Under the pieces are notes generated by a model that had not been told where the DNA came from, did not search any database, and was given only the letters and a program-made list of their open reading frames with translations. A stretch of DNA of 64,000 nucleotides. It comes from Rebecca billardiae RCC1528 (taxonomy: Eukaryota > Protista > Haptophyta). The DNA lies in NCBI GenBank assembly GCA_965240325.2, contig OZ251231.1, positions 1,426,001 through 1,490,000 on the forward strand. The letters run 5' to 3'. The position numbers were made by a program, and so were the translations under genes. Below, in pieces: positions 21,326 through 31,430 of this stretch (its first letter is position 1; every line of letters begins with the position of its first letter).

Positions 21326-23590
21326 ATGAACTCGCGACCATGGTGCGCCCGGCAGTGCGCGCTCGCCGGTCGAATTGTCCTGCTCGTCGTGGTGCTGCTC
21401 ATCGCCAGACCGGCCGACGCCGCGAACGTTACGCGCATCCGCATGCCGACGCGCGAGCGGTGCGAGCGCGCGTGGGATTCCGGCGCCACCACGTCGGTCG
21501 CAGCGCTCGCAATCATTCGCAACCGCGCAGACATTGCGCGCGAGTGGGTGGAGCACTACGCCAGTCAGGGCGTGCGGCGCGCCTTCTTGATCGACGACAA
21601 CTCGACGGATGGCCTCGATCGCGTGCTCGGCTGCCTCCCGGCGGCTCACCGGCCGACGGTGTGGCGCACGGCCGACATGGTGCGCGAGCCGCACCAGGTC
21701 TGGCTCATGCGGCAGGTGCAGATGTACGCCGTCGCATTCCGCCGCGTGCACGCCCTCGGCGCGTTCGAGTGGCTGGTCGTCGTCGACATTGACGAGTTCA
21801 TGCTGAGCCGCCTGTGCCCGGCGCGTACGCTCGCGTCCCTGCTCGCCAACGAGCTCAGCGCGTGCGACGTGGTCTCTGCGCCGTGGGTGCTCTTCTGGGG
21901 CCTCGGCTTTGGCGTCGAGCAGTGCGGCCGGATGCTCGAGCGCGTGCGCACGCGCGAGCCGTTCGGCGGCCCCGAGCTCCTCGCCGACCCGCCCGGCCTG
22001 CCCTTCAACGTGCGGCGCAAGCGGCGGCGCGACAGGCGCGGGCGCGAGGCGGCGGTCAACGAGCACAAGTACGCTGTGCGCCTCTCCGCAGTGCTGCCGG
22101 TCGCCACGCAGACCGTCTGGACCGCGGGCGTGCCGAAGGGCGTGAACGCGTCCGGGCTGGGCATACACTCGGCACAGGTGCGCATGGGCTCGCAGGTGTG
22201 CGCCATGCGCCCCGACGACACGCGCAAGCCCAAGTGGGTGCGCAGCGCGTCCCGCAAGGACAGGTTGCAGTCCCCCGACTGGTTTGGCGGCCTCTCCGAC
22301 CGCCACACGGACAAGCTGCTGTTGGCCACGCACCACTACCGCGCGTCGAGCGAGGCGACGTGGCTTGTGAAGGTGAGGGCGCGGGCGCAAGTAGGCGCCG
22401 TGCTGTACGGCGAGCTGAGCGAGCACCGCCTCTTCCTCATGCGCCGCGCCAACGTGAGCGACAACGCGACCCTCTCCGCGCAGCTGCTGCAGAGCCGCCG
22501 CCGGGAGCTAGCGCGCCTGCCCGGCTGGGGCGACGGCGGCGGCACGTGCGCGGCGGCGCTCGCGCGCCCGCACCCGGCGCTCCGCGGTGAGTGCGCGCGC
22601 GGGCCCGGCGGGCACGCCGACGCGTACCTCGTGCCGCGCGCCTCGGCATGCACGAGTGCCTTCCAGGTCGAGCCCTCGGGGCGCACGGGGCGCGAGCGCG
22701 GCGCGCCCGCGGCCGAGGCGCCGGACGGCGCCGATGGTCCGCACCGGCTCTCGCCCGCGCCGCACGGCGCCATCGCGGTGAGCGCCGCGCCGGGCGGCGC
22801 GGCCGTCGACGGGCTCCACGCTGGTCTGTGCGCGGCCGGCGTGCGCACACTCCACGGCGCGCGGAACCGCTCGTGCCACGTGGGCACGGCCGTGCGCGCG
22901 CTGCACGCCCAACTCGTCGCACTTGTGGACGCGCACCCGGGCGGCGGCGGCGCGCTCGAGGCGTGCGCGCTTGCGAGCGAACGCGGCGCGCGCGCGTGCA
23001 TGCCGCCCGGCGCGCACGCCGCCGCGCTCGGGCTGCTCGGGCGCATCGCCCGCGCCCAGCCGCAGGCGCTGCTCGCGCCGTACTGGCTGTGGCTGCGCGA
23101 GCTCCTCGAGCTGCTCCCCGGCTGCATCGTCGTGCACCCGCTCGAGAGCGCGACGGACTGGGCCGGGCGCAGGGCTGCCCCCGAGGACGGCGCCGCAGGG
23201 TCGGCGCGCGCCGCGCAGTGGCCGTCGCGCGGTGCAGCGGCCGCGCAGTACGTCACGTACAACTCGCGCGTGCAGGCACTCGCCGCGCGCAGGCGCGCCG
23301 AGGACGGCAGGTGGCGAGTGGAGGAGTACTGGCAGCTGTGCGCCGCCGATCGCGCCGCTGCCGACAGCCGGGCGGCGGGCGCTGCTTCGCACGCCGCAGC
23401 AGCCGCAGGCGGAGGAGCGCCAGCAGTCTCCGGTGAAGCTGGCGGCATCAACTTGCGGAAGGCCCAGCCGTGCGACGGCGAGGCGGTGCAAGCCGCGCTG
23501 GTGGACCGGCTCACAGGGCCGCTCGCATTGTGCAACATCACTGATGCGCGCGCTCATAATTCATATCCGAGGCACGGTGACGCGATATGA
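21326..23590 (+). CDS. GT-A glycosyltransferase (GT2/GT92-like) fused to a degenerate sulfotransferase-like domain
   Basis: A type-II anchor IVLLVVVLLIA precedes AIIRN...REWVEHY...G...FLIDDNSTDG, the DxD motif WLVVVDIDEF, and HHYR. The C-terminal LHAGLCAAGVRTLH...APYWLWLRELLELLPGCIVVH....DWAGRR parallels the protein at 17879-18937. Confidence 0.75.
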   Translation: MNSRPWCARQCALAGRIVLLVVVLLIARPADAANVTRIRMPTRERCERAWDSGATTSVAALAIIRNRADIAREWVEHYASQGVRRAFLIDDNSTDGLDRVLGCLPAAHRPTVWRTADMVREPHQVWLMRQVQMYAVAFRRVHALGAFEWLVVVDIDEFMLSRLCPARTLASLLANELSACDVVSAPWVLFWGLGFGVEQCGRMLERVRTREPFGGPELLADPPGLPFNVRRKRRRDRRGREAAVNEHKYAVRLSAVLPVATQTVWTAGVPKGVNASGLGIHSAQVRMGSQVCAMRPDDTRKPKWVRSASRKDRLQSPDWFGGLSDRHTDKLLLATHHYRASSEATWLVKVRARAQVGAVLYGELSEHRLFLMRRANVSDNATLSAQLLQSRRRELARLPGWGDGGGTCAAALARPHPALRGECARGPGGHADAYLVPRASACTSAFQVEPSGRTGRERGAPAAEAPDGADGPHRLSPAPHGAIAVSAAPGGAAVDGLHAGLCAAGVRTLHGARNRSCHVGTAVRALHAQLVALVDAHPGGGGALEACALASERGARACMPPGAHAAALGLLGRIARAQPQALLAPYWLWLRELLELLPGCIVVHPLESATDWAGRRAAPEDGAAGSARAAQWPSRGAAAAQYVTYNSRVQALAARRRAEDGRWRVEEYWQLCAADRAAADSRAAGAASHAAAAAGGGAPAVSGEAGGINLRKAQPCDGEAVQAALVDRLTGPLALCNITDARAHNSYPRHGDAI

Positions 23591-23881
23591 TGATCGATGT
23601 CATTGATGACGAACTCCGACTCATCATCGTCATTGAATGATTGATGACATCGTGACAACTGACATCGCGTCAACAGGCGGCGGCTATAATCAGAGTAGTA
23701 GTATAGACCTGCTGCTGCTCAATGATAAGCCACGCGCGCAGCCCTGATGCTGCCATCACAGACACCGAGCCCGAGGCGCTCACTCAGACACTCACTTCTC
23801 AGACTCAGTTCCTCAGAGTCTTACTCAGCCTGAAAGTAGCAGGCGACAGGGCACAGGCGGGCTGCGGGGCCCGCGTGGTCA

Positions 23882-25042
23882 TCAAAGGTGCTCATCCTCA
23901 GGGTAGGCCTCGTGGCTCCGAAGCCACTGACGATTGGCGCTTGCCCGAGCACGATTGCTCGGCACGTCGTCGAGGCAACGCTTGCGCTCTGCGTGCGCGC
24001 ACGTCCACTGCCGCGGCCACACGGGCCGCTCGAGCAGCGCGCGCATCACAAAGTCGATCATGACGTGGATGAGCGTGTCGCACCGCCCACCGTGGAAGCC
24101 GAAGGCGACGCCCATCGCCCCCTCCACGTCGGACTGGTGGAACTGCAGGCTGTCGTGGAGCGGCGCCTGCTCCGTCAGCGAGCGCAGCGCCTCCTTCCAC
24201 CGCTCGCCGCGCCGCACCTCCCGCTCGCTCGGCAGCGGGTTGAAGTTGACGACAAAGTCGTCGTCGTCAAGGAAGCCGTCGCGCTTGAGCGCGAGGTACA
24301 TGGCCGTGCTCTGCTCGGGCGAAAGGCGGTAGCGCGCGCCGAGCACGGCGGCGAAGAAGTGCGGGCCGACGCGGTGCGGCCACGACTTGAGCTCCGCTGC
24401 CGGCGTGCCAAGACGCCGCAGCTCCAGCACCGCCTCGCGCACCGCCTTGGCGCGCGGGGCGTCGCGCGGGTTGTACGTGAACAGCGTCGGCGGCGCCCCC
24501 TGCAGCATCGGCGAGAGCCTCGCCGGGACCTGGCAGAGGTGCGCAGCGAAGCGGTGGCCGGCGCGCAGAAGATCGAGCGCGGAGACTACCGCCGATGATT
24601 GCGAGAGCAGCACGAGCGGCACGCCTGCGGGCGCCGCTACCTCGCGAGCGGCAAAGCGCACCGCCCAGTCGAGCACGTGCGAGTCGCGCGGGAATTCCCA
24701 CCCGCCGCGCGGCACCCACGCGCGGCCGTTGAGAAAGGTGCGGTCTGGGGCCGAGGGGATGAAGACGCCAAGCTGTGCGCTGACGAGGCGATCCACCAGA
24801 CATATCTTGTCGTAGTAGCCGTTGCACACCGGGCACGCGGCCGACTTGGGGAAGAAGCGCCGCGCCGAGTTTCCACCGCCGTGCGCGACAAAGACAAGCG
24901 CCAGCGGCCGTGATGGCAGCTGCCAGATGAGCTCGATGGTGCCGTTAGCCACACGGTACGTGGGCTCGTCCGCGGGCCCGTCAGCAGCTCGTCCCGTCGC
25001 CGCAGCGAGCAGGAGAGCCGCACCCTGCCACCAGGTCGCCAT
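23882..25042 (-). CDS. Secreted alpha/beta-hydrolase-fold protein
   Basis: A signal peptide MATWWQGAALLLAAA starts at ATG 25042. It has IWQLP..PLALVFVAHG...C.VC.G, a nucleophile-elbow-like PLVLLSQSSA, PPTLF..NPRD, and a late His in FGFHG. Confidence 0.7.
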   Translation of the reverse strand: MATWWQGAALLLAAATGRAADGPADEPTYRVANGTIELIWQLPSRPLALVFVAHGGGNSARRFFPKSAACPVCNGYYDKICLVDRLVSAQLGVFIPSAPDRTFLNGRAWVPRGGWEFPRDSHVLDWAVRFAAREVAAPAGVPLVLLSQSSAVVSALDLLRAGHRFAAHLCQVPARLSPMLQGAPPTLFTYNPRDAPRAKAVREAVLELRRLGTPAAELKSWPHRVGPHFFAAVLGARYRLSPEQSTAMYLALKRDGFLDDDDFVVNFNPLPSEREVRRGERWKEALRSLTEQAPLHDSLQFHQSDVEGAMGVAFGFHGGRCDTLIHVMIDFVMRALLERPVWPRQWTCAHAERKRCLDDVPSNRARASANRQWLRSHEAYPEDEHL

Positions 25043-25161
25043 TATTTTCACCACGCGAACAGTGCTTCCGCATGATCCATACACTGACATACTGTAGTAA
25101 ACTGTACCTTGGTCTAGTACTGTGTTTTGTGGCGAGTATCGTAGACATTCGTCGTACCAGT

Positions 25162-25299
25162 ATGGCCGCCTCGATGAGGTGCGGCAACGCGCCCCTCACC
25201 TGCCTGCGCCGGTCTGTTTTGTGGCGGTGTCTTTGTGCAGTGTTGGATGGCGTCAATCACGCCTTAACCAAGTGTGCACGTTAAAACATAGTAAACTGT
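25162..25299 (+). repeat. 138-bp inverted repeat, right copy
   Basis: Matches the reverse complement of 19023-19160 (136/138). Confidence 0.95.
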
Positions 25300-25528
25300 A
25301 CATAATCAGGACCGGGTGGAGTCTGAGTAACTACACAGTGTCCGTACACAATACTCTGTGAACTTCAGACGATAGTAACTAGTTATATGCGTCCTCGCAA
25401 CTGCGGCCCTGACTAACGAAAGTACTTACAGTAAAAGCTTATGTCTAGTAAGCTGGTATGTACATGCTCCTTATTTAAGACGATGCGTTGCAGCTGTCGC
25501 GGCACACGGAGCGAGTCAGGCCCGTAAA

Positions 25529-26458
25529 TCAGGGCCTGCTCACGCGGCGCCGGAGCATGGCGCGCACTTCGGGCGGCACGTCCGGCGCGGTGAGTGCCTG
25601 CTGCACGCGCCAAAAGTTGTATATCTTCATGTGGTGCGGCGGCGGTGGCGCGCGCGTGCCCGCCTCGGGCTGCAGCACAGCCGCGATCGCCTCGACTGGC
25701 ACCGGCAGGCCCCATGCTGCGAGCACGGCGCGAAATGCAAGCGCGGACCGCGGCAGTGCGAGGCTGTCGTGCGTGAACTCGGCGAGGTCCTCGAAGATCG
25801 CGACGTGCGGCGAGACAGCATAGCCCCGGGCGGCCAGTGCCTCGCGCCTATTGATCACCTGCCGGCGCAACTGCGTCAGGTGGCCAGCGATGGTGCTCGG
25901 ATCGAAGCGTACGAGCAGCTTGCCGGGCGCGGCCTCGCTTTGGGAGCGGCGGCGGCGGAAGCACAGATCGGAGACGGTGCCGTTGCTGAACACGGGCGTC
26001 CCCTTCGATCTCGGAACGAAGCAGTCGTTCACGCTGCAGATCAAGTAGTCCAGCCTGTTGGCGCGGTAGATGTACACGAGCCGCACCCCCGCGCTCCGAA
26101 ATGCGCGCACCATCGGCTCTGAGGACATGTGGTTCAAGTCAGCCTTGAAGACGAGGGCGTGGCCCTCCGAGACAGCGCGCTTGTTCATCTCAAGGAATGC
26201 GCCATGCGCGCCCCGGCTGGGCGTGTAGAACGGGTTCTTCTCGGGCTTGAGAATCTCGTGCCCTGTGGCCTTGATCTGGACGTGCGTCGCGTTGCTCACG
26301 ATCTTGCGCAGCGTCGTGAGAGTCCACGTCGAGCCCGAGCAGCCTTGCATCGCAATCGCGCGCGGCGCAGTGTCGAGGGCCAGCGCGACGCCGCTGGGCG
26401 CCAAGCTACCGAGGAAGAGCGCCACGTTCAGCGCCGATCGACGCGTCATCCTTAGCAT
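25529..26458 (-). CDS. Stf0-like sulfotransferase-fold protein
   Basis: The likely start is MLRMTRRSALNVALFLGSLA (ATG 26458). Motifs are AMQGCSGSTW (PSB-like), HEIL, VFK, LVYIYRANRLD and IFEDL. The start is uncertain. Confidence 0.6.
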   Translation of the reverse strand: MLRMTRRSALNVALFLGSLAPSGVALALDTAPRAIAMQGCSGSTWTLTTLRKIVSNATHVQIKATGHEILKPEKNPFYTPSRGAHGAFLEMNKRAVSEGHALVFKADLNHMSSEPMVRAFRSAGVRLVYIYRANRLDYLICSVNDCFVPRSKGTPVFSNGTVSDLCFRRRRSQSEAAPGKLLVRFDPSTIAGHLTQLRRQVINRREALAARGYAVSPHVAIFEDLAEFTHDSLALPRSALAFRAVLAAWGLPVPVEAIAAVLQPEAGTRAPPPPHHMKIYNFWRVQQALTAPDVPPEVRAMLRRRVSRP

Positions 26459-27319
26459 CGAAGGCCGTGGCCGCCACCAAGGCGCGAAGCGCGACCGGCC
26501 GGGGCGCGCCCCCATCCTCAAATCCGGAGCGTGAGGTCCGGACTCCTCACGAGGAGAGTCGAAATCGTCGCTCGGCACAAACCGGAAAGGAATCGAGGCT
26601 GCATGCATCTCAGGATGGCGAGCGACGCCCGACGGCGCGGTAGCGCGGTTTTGTGCGATAAACACCGAAGGCTGGTGGATTAGTGAAGGTGGGGTCAAGC
26701 TGAGAGGTGCTCGAAACCCGACCCCACCGACGCGTAGTACGCCACTTGCGCCCAGCGGCGCCGCGCTGCGTACAGCGAATGGTCGCCGATCGGCGTGCGT
26801 CGTCGCGATCACCTCAGGCCGGCGAGGTTGTACAGGTCTGAGTCGGCGGCAATGCTGTCGATCGGCAGCTCGCGCATCGTCGTCCGACCGGCGCCGTCGT
26901 TCGAGACGTGTACGAGGCGCAGCCGAGGCGTCATGCTCGCGCCGGCCGCGTTGTCGTCCTCCGCTTCCGCGAGCGCGGCCGACAGCTCCGACGTCACGAT
27001 CGCGCCGATCGTCATCTGCGCCGTTGGCCAGGTCCGCACGAATCCCTTGCTGCCTACCGCGTTACAAGTACGAGTCAGCAGGACAGGGCCTGGCCTGATG
27101 GCACTGGGCCTGGCCGGACGACGATGATGACAGGCAGACGATGAGCAGTAGTCCTCAGCATCATGGACGAGACGACATGCTGATCTGACATGATGAGTCA
27201 CAGAGTCGTGATGGGCGGCCAGCCGCGGCCGGCCTCAACCTCCGCGAACGCACGACCCGCCCGGACAGTCCCAACGCCCTGCCCACCGCGCCTCCCGGGC
27301 GGGCTGCGCTCGGTCCCAA

Positions 27320-27950
27320 CTACCCCTTGAAGAAGAAGCGCATCGCGTCGAGCGCGGCGCTTGCGCCGAGCACGAGCGAGGACTCGGCCAGATCGGCGAG
27401 CACGCCGCCCTCGACGAGCGCGCGCGCGGCCCACGGCGCGAGCTGGCCGAGCGCGAGCAGCAGCGGCTCCTCGAGGGCGAACGTGCCGAGCAGCGCCGCG
27501 CCCCACGACGCGAGCATCGCCTCGGTGCGCGCGCGGCCGAAGAGGCGTCCGTACACGATCACGAGGGCGCACAGGCCTGTGTACAGGGCCAGCATGGCCG
27601 CCCACGCGAGGGGCGAGCGCGCCCACCGCGGCGGCGGCGCGCACGGGCAGAGCACGCGCGCCCACTCGGCCGCGCGCCGCTCCGCCGCCCTCTGCCGCGC
27701 GAACCACACGACCATCTCGAGCTCGTCCACGCGCAGGTCGGCGTCGAGATCGAGATCTCGCAGCAGCCGCCGCCGCTCGTGCGGCAGCAGCGGGTCGCCC
27801 AGCTCGGCCATGATCAGCCCGACGCCCGCCTCGTCCACGCGCCCGTCGCCAGTCGGATCGCACCGCGAGAACGCGGCGCGCAGCGCGGCGAGCTCGGCAC
27901 TGGTCAGCTCGGCGTGTGCTCTGAAGAGCGAGCTGCGGCGCGCGCGGCGT

Positions 27951-27982
<32 letters not shown>

Positions 27983-30900
27983 CGGCAGGTCGCCCTCGCC
28001 CATCGGGCTGCCCACGCCGCCGCTCGGCGCGCTTCCCGTCTCCGCCGGCGGCGGCGGGTGAGGCGGCAGCGAGGGTGGCGGCGGTGGCACCGGGCGCCGC
28101 GCACCGACCATCGGCGCGCGCTCGCCGGTAGCTTCGGTCTGCGGCGCCGCGGCGGCCGTCGGCGCGGCGGCGCACGTCAAGCACGGGCGTGGCCCGGGTG
28201 ACGTGGGCGTATCACCCGAGCCCGAGCGAGCAAGCGCGGGCAGGCGCCGCGGGCCACCTCGAGCGCCGACCTCCCGGCTGGAGCCGCCGCCCTGCTCGGC
28301 CTCATCGGGCGCATGCGCCGCCTGCGGCATGTGCGGGCGCTGCTGCCCCGGCGCGCTCATGCACTCGCGTGGCGGCGAGGCGGGGGGCGGGGACGGCGGC
28401 GGCGGCGCCGCGGCAGCGGGCGCGGGCGCGCCGTCTAGCGTGGGCGGCGCGCGCGGCGAGTGCTGCGGCGGCCCGCCACATCCCGCGGCCGACGGCGCGT
28501 CGCGCACGGCGGCGCCGGGCGACGAGGGCGGCCGGACGCGCCGGCGCTGCGAGTGGAAGGAGCCCGAGCCGGCGGCGGAGGCGTCCGAGCCGGCGCTGCC
28601 GCGCCACGAGCCGCTCGGACTGCTGCAGCCGCTGCCGCTGCGGACAGAGCCCGGCGGCGCGGCAAGGTGACGTCGACCCGGCCGGTAGGGGGACTGGAAG
28701 CCGGGCGCGGGCGGCGCGCCGCCGCCCGGGCTGCCGGCCGGCGAGCTGGCGACGGCGCCAGGCTGGCGCTCGGCCGGCGTCGGCGTGGCGCGGAGGCTGC
28801 CGGCGCGCGCGGCGAGCGCGCCGCCCGACTGCAGCGGCGCGACGATGCCGCAGCCGCAGGACGCGCGGCGCCGCGAGCCGCCCGAGCGCGGCGCGCTGCC
28901 AACGCTGCTCGCGCCGGGCGAGCAGCTGCCGCCTGCGCCGGAGCCGCCGCGCCCGTCCATGCTGCGTGGACTGCGCGCCGCCGGCGGCGGTGGTGAACGC
29001 TGCCCCGCGCGCGAGCGCGCGCCCGGCGCTGAGGCTGTTGTGGCGCCGCCCTCCTCCTGGCCCTCCGGCGGGGCGCTGAGTGGCGTGACGGCCGGGCCGC
29101 GCGCGGGCACGGGCGGCGCGCGCGGCGCGGGCTGTGCCGACGCCCACGGCGCGACCCCGAGAAGGCTCGCGCGCGAGCTCACTGCGCTCAGCAGCGTGCC
29201 CGCGGAGGTGGCGGAGGAGAGCGTGTTGGCGGCGGTCGAGCTGCTCACTGAGCCGCGCGCGCCGCACCGCCACCCGCCCTCGCGCGTCTTGGCGCACGCC
29301 GGCCGCGTGTCGACGTATCGGCGCGCGCCGCCGGCGCAGCAGCCACCGCCGCCGGCGCCGCCGGCGCGGCTCGCCCTCCGCCGCTCGGCACGGCCGATCG
29401 CCGGGCCGGCCGACACCGCCTCGGCCGCGCGCGCGCGCGCGTCCGCGTCCGCGCCGAGCCATCCGCCGAGGTGCTCGCGCAGGCCGTGGTACAGCCGCCA
29501 CGACGGCAGCGCGCGGCCGTCGTGCCGCGCGAGGTGCCACGCGCCCTTGAACGCCCACAGCGCCGGCAGCGCCACCGCACCGACGATCAGCGCGCGCAGC
29601 AGCAGCGTCAGCAGCCCCACTCCGCCGCCGTCGCCACCGCCCGCGCCGTCCTGCGTGTACAGCATGCACTCGAGCGCGAGCTGCAGCGCGAGTGTGTTGA
29701 AGAGCGTCTGCACCAGCTCGACGCGCCGCAGCGCGCGCTCGGGGCGCGCGAATAGCAGCGCGAGCAACGTGTGCTGCTCGGCCACCGCCTCGAGCACCGC
29801 GCGCGCGCGCTCGAGGCCGCGCGCACGGCCGGCGCGGGTGTGCGTCAGCATCGAGACGTGCCGCTCCGGGTCGTCGTGCTCGGCGACGTCCTGCGCGGCG
29901 CTGCGCGGCGGAGCAATGCCGGCGAGCGTGGCGGCGCGCGGCGGCAAGCGCGGTGGCGGCGAGCGCGGGCGCGAGGGCGGCGAGCGCGAGCGGGAGCGCC
30001 GCCACTCGAGCGGGGCGGAGGCGGAGGCGGAGGCGGAGTCACCGCTGGTGCGAGCCTCCGCCTCCGCCTCCGCCTCGGTGGCGGGCGCGTCATCCGCCGT
30101 GCCCGCGGGCGCAGCCCACGCCCCGCCCTCGTCCGCCTCCGCCTCCGCGCCCGCCGCCCGCCCCTCCTCCTCCTCCTCCTCCTCCTCCACGACCGGCCTG
30201 GCGCCAAGGTAGCGGTCCAGAGCGCTGCACGACGGCTCCTCCGCGCCGCGGACGGGCGTGGCGATGCCGCCGGCGGCGGCAGCAGCCGAGGCCGCGCGAC
30301 GCGCGCGCACGCGCTCGACGGTCGTCTGCGCCGCGCCCGCGCCCGCGCCGCAGCCCCCGCCGCCGCGGAAGCTGCCCCCATCGGCCACGCTGGCGCACCG
30401 GCCGAAGCTGCCAGCGTCGCGCGCGCTGCCGTCGTCGCGCCGGCCGCTGCCAGCCAGCGAGCGCCCGCGCGAGCGAGGCGAGCGCGACGACGTCCGCGAT
30501 GACAAGCGCAGCGAGCGGACGCCGACCGCGGCGCGCAGGCCGCTGCCGCCGCCGAAGCGCCCGCTGCCGCCTCGCAGCAGCAGCCCGCGCCCGCCGCCCT
30601 CGGAGTCGGCGAGGTCGGCGGCGCCCAGCCCGGACGTGAGCCGCTCCGACTCGAGCCAGCGCGAATACGCCGCGAGCGCGCGCCGGTCCGCCGCGGCCGC
30701 GAGGAGCAGGCACAGGCCGTTGAGGCCGCTCAGCAGGTAGACCAGCCGGTAGATCGTCACATTCTCCCGGTGGCCCTCGGCCGGGCTGAGGAGCACCGCC
30801 GCGGCGTGGGGTAAGCTGAACGTGTTCACGCGCACGCCGGCCGCCTCCTCCGCCGCCGCCTCCGGCGAGGCGGGCACGGAGATGCCCGCAAAGTCGGTGA

Positions 30901-31399
30901 GGTGCGTGCACGCGCAGTAGAGCAGCGACGGCTCGGCGCCGTCGGGCGGCGCGCCCAGCGTCGTGCACCCCTCCGCCGACCACTCGCGCCGCGCCTCGTC
31001 CCACCAGTGGCACGCGTCCACGCGGCCGCACTCGGGCCCGTGGTACGGCGGCTCGCACGCGCAGCCGCGCAGCCCGCCGCCCAGCTCGACGCACGCGCCG
31101 CGCGCGCTGCACGGCGGCGCCGCCGCGCCGTCGGCGGCGTGCGCGGCGCACGACGCGGACGGCTCGACGGCCGCCGCCGCCTCTCGCGCGGGCGGCAGCC
31201 CGAGCACGACCGGCTCGCTCAGCCCCGAGATTGCAATCTGGGCGCCCGTCGTCGGGTCGCGCAGCTGTACGCGCAGCACGCCCGTGCGCAGCGGGCCGAG
31301 CGCGCCGCTCTGGTTGGCGGGCTCGGCGTGCACATTCGAGCCGAAGGCGATGAGCACCACGTCGACGGGCGCGTCGGCCGCGCGCGCCGCGCTGCCGCC

Positions 31400-31430
<31 letters not shown>

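Noticed and set aside
25162-25284. 40-aa ORF MAASMRCGNAPLTC... present in both inverted-repeat copies
   Set aside because: The identity simply reflects the DNA repeat. There is no independent coding evidence.
26809-27201. 130-aa minus-strand ORF, vaguely ubiquitin-like in pattern
   Set aside because: It has no convincing motif and an unclear start. It may be a gene fragment but cannot be supported.
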